Origin: Macrostomum lignano
Taxonomy: Eukaryota
Assembly (NCBI GenBank): GCA_002269645.1
Contig: NIVC01002521.1
Coordinates: 62,001 to 126,000 of the forward strand
Length of the DNA stretch: 64,000 nt
Direction: 5' to 3'
Positions 1-9,382 of this stretch are shown piece after piece. Below the pieces are notes generated by a model. It had not been told where the DNA came from. It saw only the letters and a list, made by a program, of their open reading frames with translations, and ran no database searches. Positions within the stretch are counted from its first letter, which is position 1. The number at the start of each line of letters is the position of its first letter. The position numbers were made by a program, and so were the translations under genes.

Positions 1-423
1 TCGTGCTTAGGACTTAGCCAGGATTAAGAGCGTCGTACGCCGATTCCCACCCCAACCAGCTCAGCGTCGTCCGCTTGGCTGGAGACCATCGTGCGTCGAT
101 CGGCCTGATCCCAGCAAACTCTGCGTCGTACGAGAATAGGTTGGACGACCGTAGCACTAAAGGGTCAGTACACCAACCCGGGTAAGACAGAGAGCCTCTG
201 GATTCTTCCCCCTGCTTCATCACAAGATCTTAACGAAAAGTATAATCCTAGCACAGAAGAGGAGGTACATATTGAAAACACGAAAAAAACAAATGAGAGA
301 ACCTTGAAAACCAAAAAAAGATAGTAGTCAAGAGCCAAAGAGAGATGATGATGAGGATAGCTCGGATAGGAATACTCTCAGTGAAAGTTGTGCCGTGCTG
401 TGGCAGTGAGGGCTCCCCCGGCC

Positions 424-425
424 TC

Positions 426-503
<78 letters not shown>

Positions 504-545
504 TCTCTCTCGCTCTCACTCTCCCCCCCTCTCTCTCTCACTCTC
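424..545. repeat. (CT)n microsatellite
   Basis: Long nearly pure CT dinucleotide run; it explains the spurious ER/SL-repeat ORFs in the track. Confidence 0.97.
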
Positions 546-552
546 TTTTCAC

Positions 553-593
553 TTGCCCTGACGAAGAAATATAATAATTTCGAAATATCAGCA
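553..593 (+). ncRNA. Hammerhead-ribozyme-like motif 1 (degenerate, Penelope/retrozyme style)
   Basis: CTGACGA-A-[GAAAT ataata ATTTC stem]-GAAA; flanks TTGC/GCAA could form stem I; stem III is only minimal. Confidence 0.35.
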
Positions 594-850
594 ATTACTT
601 TTTACTTTTTACTTTTTATTATTCTGTGTTGACTCAGTTCATTTTGTTCTTTATTATTTGTTTTCACTTATTCAACCTTAGAGGGCCATCTGGGCCCACT
701 GTATTGCGCAATCTTGCTTTAGCCAACCAGTTTTGAAATTTAGAGTCTTGCCTCATAGTTGATGTACATACAGTATGCACATGAGCGATCTCTCCCCCCA
801 CTTTTCGCTTATATTTATTTGTCGGCTTCTCACAATAATTATACTCATTT

Positions 851-893
851 TTGCCCTGACGAAGAATTTCGTATTCGAAATGTAGTAGGGCAT
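851..893 (+). ncRNA. Hammerhead-ribozyme-like motif 2
   Basis: Shares TTGCCCTGACGAAGAA with motif 1, 298 bp upstream; GAAT/ATTC stem II, GAAA, and downstream GGCA pairing with TGCC; cleavage-site register imperfect. Confidence 0.4.
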
Positions 894-1030
894 AATTTTA
901 GGAACGGGAATTATTGCGGGTTCAAATATGCTTTTCGCCTACCATCAGTAGTTTTAAACCGGGGAATTAATATTAGAGCGGGGTAAATCGCTATTTTGGG
1001 GGTTCCTTTAGAACTACAGAGCAGTTGGGC

Positions 1031-1072
1031 TCTTGGGAAAGCATCCCGTACTTGCTTGCCGTATAGTACGGC
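1031..1072 (+). other. Putative SL-gene upstream flank / target remnant at the left edge of the LINE array
   Basis: TCTTGGGAAAGCATCCCGT also occurs at 13996-14014. It ends in CCGT(A), the recalled first bases of the SL exon, and is followed by GCCGTATAGTACGG, which resembles GCCGTAAAGACGG. Confidence 0.5.
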
Positions 1073-2722
1073 AGCTGCACTCGTCGGAGATGGGCCTGGC
1101 AGTGGCCGGGCGGGCGCCAGCCTGGCCGCGCCGGGCTCCCGGACGGCAGCAGGAAATGGGCAGCCAGGTGATCGCGGAGCGGCCGGCGCGTCCGGCCCTG
1201 CGGTCCCAGGCGGCCCTCGAGCCCAGAGCAACGGTGGCGGCAACGTCGGCGGTGCGGGGCGGGGCGGCGGTCGCCGTTCCTACCCTGCAATAGCGGCGGC
1301 TCAAACAGGACAGCAGGACGTACCACGGCCTAACAGCAACAGGAGCACCTACAATAACAATGTGGTACCTGTTGTTTTCAATACAGCAGCCGAAGTCAGT
1401 CAGATCGACTTTCTCAAATGGCTCGCGGCCAATTTTCAAGGTACGGCCCGAGCCACTTTTACCAAAAAACTAACACATGAAGTCGGTTACCTAGTATTTC
1501 CGGCCACTCCAAGAGACCACCAGGTCTTCCTGCGCGGGCCCCTGCGCGAGCCCCAGCTCGTCGGGGGGCCGGTGGAGAGGCGACTACCGAAAGCCAGACC
1601 GGATCCAAGATCTAGGCAAGCAGCGCCACGGCGACCAATGACCCAGGCGGTACATTCCTTTGTCGTACGTGGTGTGCCTCCGTAGGTTGAGCCAGCCGAC
1701 TTCAAACAGTACCTGCAAGAAAGTGCAGGGCTGAGTGTAATCTCAGCAAGCCGCATCACAGCAAAAAGAGACAATAAGCCTACCAACTTAATTCGTCTGT
1801 TCGTCCGTAACAAGCAGACCGTTGACGCATGCCTTGCGTCTGGCATCATAACGGATTTCACGACTTACAAATGCGAGCCTAAAAAGACCGCAACGCCGGC
1901 ACGTGCACCGCAATGCCAAAATTGCCAGCGCTTTGGTCATCACGCACAGCGGTGTAAAGCGACCAAGCGTTGCAGGATCTGTGCGGCCGATCACCATTGG
2001 CGTGACTGCGACAGCCAAAACGCTACTAAATGTGCAAACTGCGGCGAGCCGCATCGAGCGAATTACCGAAACTGCCAGGTGGCGGTAGACTGTCATGAAG
2101 CGGCCCAGAGGCGTGCGGCTGCCGATGCAGCGGGCGCCCAAGAACAAGCCGCAGCCGCGACGGACAGGTCGACCGCTCCTCCACCCTTTGCGGCAGCAGC
2201 GGCAGCGGCAGCTATAGCACCAGCATCGGCAGCGGCAGCAGCGGCGCCACCCGCCCCCGCACTAAGACCAGCGCCGGCAGCAGATCCGAGATTGGTCGAC
2301 GCCGCAGCACGGGCGCCAACGGCGACAGGGGGCGACGATGACACGTCTTGGCTCACAGGCCCTGGCCTCCCTAGCCGGAAGCGCCCTGTGCGCGAATCGG
2401 CCGACCCGGAGTTTCGATCAACTGTGCCGAAATTAACTTCAAACAATAGCGTGCCGCCGAATACCAGCATACAGTAGAATCTCTAATCCCAGGACTGGTG
2501 AGTGGGCTACTGCCTCTCCTGGTCCAAGCACTCTCCGAGGTGCTTACGACGCTCTGGCCGAGTGCAGCCGAACGGCCGCCTGCTACCGAAGGCTCTGGTG
2601 AAACAGTGCAGGACGTAGTAGGAAGGGTTCTGGCCCGTACACTTCAAGGAGCGTCGTTAGGCCACCAAGGTTCTGGTCAGCTGCCAGGCGCTCCCCAGCG
2701 TTGGGCGGGTGGCCAGACCTAG
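1071..2722 (+). pseudogene. LINE A1 ORF1 (gag-like, PRE_C2HC-like plus 3 CCHC), 5'-truncated, premature stops
   Basis: Collinear with intact ORF1 16342-19293; in-frame TAG at 1683 and 2475; CQNCQRFGHHAQRC-type knuckles at about 1910-2075. Confidence 0.9.
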
Positions 2723-2740
2723 GATATTATAGGATAATAT

Positions 2741-5082
2741 ATGTTCGGTAATAACGGGCACAATAGCTCAAACCCCACTGCCTCAGGGCTTAGGATCGCA
2801 CACCTGAACTGCAGGGGGATTATACCGAAACTAAAAGAACTCAGACTCTGGGTCTCAGACCAGAAATTAGACATTGCTTTGTTCTCTAAGACCATCCTGA
2901 AAAATACCCAAGTATGCACCTTTCCGGGCTATGCAGCAGTGCGGTTTGACCTTCCGAATGCGAAGCGTGGACTCCTCCTCGTACACACCCCTCGGGTTAA
3001 GGCACTGGTCTTTTAACGAGGCTGTCCTCGGCAAAGCACTCGCTCATCATGGGAGACCTTAATGCTAGACACACCTTTTTGGGGGGCGAAAGTCGCAACA
3101 ACAGAGCAGGACAACAGCTTCATGATTGGCTCTGCGGCGATCCATCCCAACGCCCTACCGTTCTCAACCAACCAGGCCAGTTCACTAGAATAGCCCACCG
3201 GCAAGGCGTTGTGTCCCGGAATGTGCTCGACCTCGGGTTAGCCTCCGGCGACCTAGTCTCATATGTTCAAGACTTTAAAGTGGGCTCTGACCTGGACAGT
3301 GACCATCTCCCAATCATACTCACCCTGGCGAGTAACTCCCCAGATTGGCAAGGGCCGGAGAAGGCTCGAAACTTTGCTAAAGCTAACTGGGAAAAGCTCC
3401 AAAACTCCCTGATGGAAAAACTGGTAGACGCGTGGCCTCCAGACCTTAGTACTAGGCAGCAGATTGATGCGGAGGTTGACCTCATCACGAACGCGATCCA
3501 GAAAACCATCGAGGATAATTTCCCGGTCAGAAAAGGCCGTAGAGCCCTCCCCCAGAGGATCATTGCCATGATCAAGGAGAGGAGGAAGCTCCGGCGTCTG
3601 TATCACAGTACCAGGGACGACAATTTTAGGCTGCTCGCGATTAGAAAGGCGAAGAAATTAAAAGGCGCTATTTATTCGTTTGAGCAAGGCCAGTTTACCC
3701 AATTGTGCGAGAAAATAGTTGAAAAAAGTCAATGCCGCAATGTCAAGGACTTCTGGCAGGACACAAAAAAATTGAGGGGCGCAAAAAGGGCACCACTATT
3801 CCGTCCATGAACAATGGCGCCACCCTCGCACATACTGACTCTGACAAAGCGGACATGCTGGCGAGTGCGCTAGATGCCAAAATGCGCCCGATCCCATCAA
3901 CTGATAAAGAACTGAAGAAGCGGGTTGAGCAGGCTATGAAGCTCCCCCTCTTTAGACCTGTCCCCCAGGCGCAGAACCGTACATGGGCCACCACCTGGAG
4001 GCTCCGTTCTCTGTCACAGACACCCTCTGGGAGCTGGACCACCTAAAAGTAGACAGTGCTCCGGGCCTTGACAAAGTTCCCAACTGCGTCCTTAAGCATG
4101 GCCTAGAGCCCATTGCGGCTAACCGCATTACGAAACTCTTTAACGATTGTTATTGTACGGGCATCTTCCCATCGCAGTGCAAAAAACCGGTGGTGACGAT
4201 GATCCCCAAACCGGATAAACCGCCTGAGTCCCCGGGATCCTACCGGCCCATCAGCCTGACCTCCTGCCTCGGCAAGTTGTTCGAGAAGTTATTGGTGAGG
4301 AGGCTGATGAAACATCTTGAGGACCAAGGTATCCTCGGTGCGGACCAGTGCGCCAACAGGAAGGTCCGTTCGACATACGACAATCTTGTCCCCCTCGTTC
4401 AAGACGTTCAGGTGGGCAAAGCCAAACTAAAAAGATTGCTGGCCATTCTCCTCGACGTACAAGCGGCGTTTGATTCGGTGTGGTACGACTACCTGAGGTT
4501 CAGAACCTACGAAGTCAACACACCGGATGCCCTCGTCAGGATCTGCTCTGACTATCTAGCAGACAGGCTAATGCAGGTGAAGGTTAACGGAGCACTTAGT
4601 CAGCCGTACGAGTTGCAGGCGGGTGTCCCACAGGGTGGCATCCTGAGCCCTTTCCTTTACCTGCTTTTCATCAGCACCATGCCTCGGCCGCAACAACCAA
4701 ACCTTAAGCGAAGCCAATTCGCCGACGACATGGCCATCTGAATATTATTGGACCCAGTAACCTCAATAAGCTCCAAAAAATCCAAAACCTAGCTCTCAGG
4801 ATCTGCTATGGTGCCCCCAGTTACACCCAGGTAGCCTACTTACATGAGCTGGCAGCCATGCCTATGGTGGCAGACAGGATTCGCGCCCTAGGCGTGGGTG
4901 GCTCACCAAAGTGAAGGCTGCTGGGCACCATGACTTCCACATAGAACCGGAACTCCCTAGAGCTGCCCGAAACCGCCCCCCCCCCAGTGCTGAACCTGCT
5001 TTGGGACAGCCTGAAGAGAAGGCAAGCAAATAGACAAGCAGCTGCGAATGCGGCGGCCCGTGCGGCCCAGAACCCGCCCTAG
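2741..5082 (+). pseudogene. LINE A1 ORF2 (AP endonuclease plus reverse transcriptase), with deletions and frameshifts
   Basis: HLNCRG, GDLNARH, SDHLPI, YRPISLTSCLGK, LDVQAAFDSVW, GVPQGGILSP, QFADD; internal deletions near 3008 and 4740 relative to copies A2/B1. Confidence 0.92.
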
Positions 5083-5450
5083 ATCTGCTAGTTCAGCTGT
5101 TCCAATATATGGGTGCGCCCCCAAACAGTGGCTTGCCCCTCTTTCTCCTCTATGAGGATCAATCCTCTGTCAGCGCACAATCAAACAAACCAAAATATTC
5201 AATAGGCGTAGAATAATGCGGCGAGTGCTGGACTAGGTGGCGGTGCCTACGACCCAGTAACTATACAGTAAGAATTGCTGTGCCTACCTGTTAGTACTGC
5301 TGATGATACTGTGATCCGACGTATACCTTTTCCTGACTCCGCCTCTCTTTACCTTTTTACAATCCAATTATTTTAAACTGCAAATGCTTCTTTTACACCT
5401 GGCTTTTGCCTTGCTTATATTTTTACTCTTATTTTTATCCTAAGCCAAAT

Positions 5451-6310
5451 GTAACAGTAACAGTAATAAGTATTCGGCGCCTCAGCCATTGATTAGGCTC
5501 TTACGCCACTAGATAGAAATTGATTCCAGGTTGGGAGTGTACTTATGTACACTGAGATCCTAATTGGAGCTAAGAGGACTGTACAAAGGGCAAATGACAA
5601 ATCAAAAACCTCCCCGGGGGACAGTGACAGCGGAACGACATACCAGTCAGGAAGCCCGTGCCCAAAAAACCTGGTTAGATAGACCCCTTGTCAATTAGGG
5701 TTGGCCCGAAGGCCGAGAGCCGTGGCTACCATGCTGGGGCTGACCACCCACCACCCCCGGGTACTCAAGCCAAACATAACAAAACCTCCCCGGGGCCAGA
5801 GGGGGTTGAGTGAACCATTCAGGGAAGCCCGTGCCTTTTCCAGGGTTAGAAAGGCCAAAACACCGGTCATAAGACCGCCCCCACGGCCGTGGCCACCCGA
5901 AGGAGCCTCCCCCCCCAACTAAACCCCGGGTACTCTTGCCAGACAGTCTCTTATCTTTGAAGCGGCAGGAGGGCTAATCGCCGGGACTATTTCACCCTTT
6001 GCTTCGCCAACCCGCCATTTCTATTGTGACCGTGCCAACGGTCTCGTCCTGCTCAGACTCAGTCCTGGTTCTGGCACACTCCAGCTTTAATAGGGTCGCT
6101 GGCTGTTCGCTCAGAGGGCACTTGAGGGAGTCCGTCAAAGCACCAACTGGAACAGGTATAGGCCTGCCTTCCTATACAGCTACCCACAGCCCTTCCTGAT
6201 CCACTATTACCCTCCATCCCAGCCTACTCACTCATTACAAGCTTTCAGCCAGGCAGAGACAAGTTTCACGGGGGTACTGCGGTTAGGCGCCTTTATGCGA
6301 GACAAAACCA
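5451..6310 (-). mobile_element. SINE-like non-coding retroelement, copy D1
   Basis: 16-bp target duplication TTATCCTAAGCCAAAT (5435-5450 and 6311-6326); minus-strand 3' tail TTATTACTGTTACTGTTAC; high identity to 13154-13995 in inverted orientation. Confidence 0.8.
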
Positions 6311-6674
6311 TTATCCTAAGCCAAATATAGAAATAATGCTTCTTACATAAACTTTTAGTTATATGTGCCAAGCAGGCCAATCCAATATATTTCGTGTAGG
6401 GGCTGCTACTAGTAGTAGTTCCTGCCGCATAGCTATTATATTATATTTTTACCAAATACAAATATTTGAATACTGATTTAAAACCTTCGCGCTGATTCCC
6501 CTTTCGGTCCAAAATATCTTTGTGAGGACCCGTCCCAATTTCTGTAGAGTTCCTTCCTCTATCAGTTGCGACCACTTCTTTGTTTTTATTCCTAAATGTA
6601 AATAATTAATTTAAATCGAATATTTTAACTCTCGTATAACCAATACTTAGCAAATTTTTTTTAATTTAAATATA

Positions 6675-6743
6675 TCGGCAGAGCCCTACCCGGGCTGAAC
6701 CGAGGTGTCTTCAGCACCACTCGTTTAACAACAACGACGGTCC
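6675..6743 (+). promoter_or_regulatory. LINE 3'-terminal double hairpin, (AAC)n tail and GACGGTCC target remnant
   Basis: TCGG-CAG-AGCCC-loop-GGGCT-GAA-CCGA, then GGTG..CACC, then AACAACAAC GACGGTCC. Confidence 0.8.
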
Positions 6744-6747
6744 TGCT

Positions 6748-9365
6748 GTGTTAGAAGGAGCTGGCCAAGCCGGCTCCGAAGACCCCAACGCAGCCGCAGC
6801 AGCATCTGAATTTGATTCTGCCTCCGTGGCGGATTCTGCGCGCGACGTCAACGTTGACCTAGATGCCGAGGACATTAGCTTACCTTACGAGAACCCAATC
6901 GCTTTTCCAAGAGGCGCAGACAAGTCCGGCATGATAACTAAATTGCCCAGCCAAGACGTCCGCCTGGTCTACTATCCAAATATGCTACGCAGTGTTGCCA
7001 CCGATGTTTATGACAGGCTAGTTCAAGACCTTCTTCCAATAGCTGTGAGACATCGGCCCCAGGAACAGCGTCGAGTTGTGTGGTATGGCCCGGAGTATTT
7101 TTATTCCGGTGTCCCGCTTGGCGCTAACCTGAAGTGGCACCCATTAGTAGAAGATAAACGAGATTATCTAGAGCTCAATGCAGACATAAACGCACCTAAA
7201 TTCAATAGCTGCCTCATCAACTTTTACGAATCGGCAGATGATTGTATACCATATCATGCCGATAACGAGCCAGAGCTTGGCCAAGACCCCTTCATTGCTA
7301 CGGTCTCCTTCGGAGCCGTGCGCCAATTCTTGGTCAAGAATAACGAGGTTAAGCGTGTAATTGCCCAATTTGAGACCAACCCCGGCTCGGTGATCGTAAT
7401 GTCGGGAGCCTGTCAGCGAAGATGTAAGCACAGTGTCCCAGGAGTCGGCGTCCAGGAGGGTGTACGCATCTCACTCACCTTTAGGGTGACCCATCCACCT
7501 GGCGTCGGCACACCGGGGCACGGAGGCGCGACAGCGGCAGCAGCACCCGTCGGGGATGGGCCTGGCAGAGGCGGGGCGGACTCCGGTCCTGCTACGTCGG
7601 GCCCCCGGACGAGCGTGGCGACCGGGCAACCAGGCAGCAGTGGGGCGGCCGGCGCGCCCGGCCCTGCTGGGCTTGGCAGTTCTCGCAACCAAGTCCAAGA
7701 CCGTAGCAGCAACGTTGGTGCGAGGCGCGGTGGCGCAGCTCAACGGCCTAACATCCAAGGGCGCTCATATGCGTCAGCTGCGGGTTAGAATATTAATAAT
7801 TAAATTAGGAATAATAATAATAATGCTGCACCAGGCCGGCAGAATGTAGTGCCGGTCGTCTTTACCTTCGACGGCGACACCGGCGACAGCAGCTTCAGCC
7901 AAATTAGCTTCGTCAAATGGTTGGCGTCAAACTTCCAGGGCAACGCCCGAGCTACGCTGATCATCAGATCTTCCTCCGAGGGCCGCTGAGGGAGCCGAAC
8001 ATAAATGGTTGTTGTACTCTATTCTACCTTGCGCCCTGCGCCCTTGTCAATTTGTAATGTACATCAAACTAATGTACATCCACAATACTCAAGTGCACGT
8101 TGCTCTCGGAGCGAACCCTTAGACTTCAAATATATAAATCGCATTCAATGCCCAAATAGGGGCTAACTTCTTATTCAGCAAATTCTACTGGCCTCGCGTC
8201 GATTACTACAATGGTGTACCAGTTAACCGTAGACTGCCTAATGCGAGAACAACGTATAACAGACCCGCTGACCGGCCACCTCCAGTCTAATCGGTGCACT
8301 CGGTAGTAGTCCGGGGAGTGCCGGTCGAGATTGAGATGCCGGCGTTCATTCAGCACCTGCGGGAGGACGTGGGCTTGAAGATTATCTCCGCGAGCCGCAT
8401 CACGTCACGAGCGCGCAACGAGCCGACTCACCTCGTCCGCCTATTCCTACCAAATAAAGCCACTGCGGATGCTTGCCTGGCGACAGGCATCGTATCGTAG
8501 TTCACGAGGTATGCCTGCGAACCAAGCAAGACGGCTGCTCCGGCTAGGGCGCTCCAGTGCCATAAATGCCAGCGTTTCGGCCACAGCGCAAATAGGTGTC
8601 GTGCTGCTCCGCGATGCAACATCTGTGCAACATCGAGTGCCCAAATCCGGACGCGGCCAAATGTGCGAACTGTGGCGAGGCCCATCGAGCCAATCACAGG
8701 AACTGCCCTGTAGCTGCTGAAAAGCACAGCCAGGCGGCCCGGCGCGCTGCAGCCTACCAAGCCGGCGCCCGGGAAGCCACGGCAGCAGTGCAAGCAGCAG
8801 CTTTGCCACCAGTATTAGCAGCAGCAGCGACTGAGCGAGCTGCACCAACAGCAGCGCAGGCGACGGCAGCAGCCGCAGTAGCAGCAGCGCCACCCGCCCC
8901 CGCACTACGACCAGCTCCGGCGACTGCGCCTAGACCAATCGAGACCGCTGCACGGGCGTCAACGGCCACGGGGGGATCCGCACCGACGACGATTCGTACT
9001 GGCTAACCGGCCCCGGCCTCCCTGGTCGAAAGCGCCCTGTGCGCGACTCGGTTGACTCAGTGACCCAGACGGAGTTGCCAAGTGATCCGCCGCCAAGTAA
9101 TGACGTACTGCCTAACATGCTCGCTGCCATGGAAGCTATGGTGAGTGGGCTCTTACCCAGGCTGGTTCAAGCGCTTGTAGAGGTGCTTACGATCCTCTTG
9201 CCGAGCCAGGCCGAACGGCCGCCTACTACTGAAAGCACCGGTCAAACGATGCAGGACGTAGTAGGTAGGGTTCTGGCCCGGGCCCTTGCAGGAGGGTCGG
9301 AAGGTCACCAAGGTCTCGGTCAGCTGCTTGGCGCCCTCCGGCGACAGGCGGATGGCCGAACCTAG
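6748..9365 (+). pseudogene. LINE B1 ORF1 with AlkB-like 2OG-Fe(II) domain (about 6958-7488) and CCHC knuckles; disrupted
   Basis: NSCLINFYE, YHADNEPELG, KHSVPG, RISLTFR motifs; stop at 7786, a roughly 55-bp deletion near 7960, and a solo LTR at 8010-8210. Confidence 0.9.
8010..8210. mobile_element. Solo LTR (201 bp)
   Basis: TGTTGTA...TACTACA termini, exact 5-bp duplication ATGGT (8005-8009 and 8211-8215), absent from the matching position of copy B2; internal TATATAAA. Confidence 0.85.
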
Positions 9366-9382
9366 AATGAAATAAATTAACA

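Larger units (their letters stand above)
1071..6735 (+). mobile_element. LINE copy A1 (5'-truncated, decayed; AlkB-ORF1 family, subfamily A)
   Basis: Starts inside ORF1 just after the AlkB domain; gag knuckles, APE and RT remnants, 3'UTR interrupted by an 860-bp insertion; ends in the conserved hairpins plus (AAC)3. Confidence 0.9.

Noticed and set aside
248-632. ER-repeat and SL-repeat ORFs
   Set aside because: Translations of the (CT)n microsatellite.
6736-6745. SL fragment explained by trans-splicing of LINE RNA before reverse transcription
   Set aside because: Trans-splicing would join the 3' end of the SL (..ATG) at AG acceptors. Here the 5' part of the SL abuts arbitrary truncation points, which fits a target duplication.
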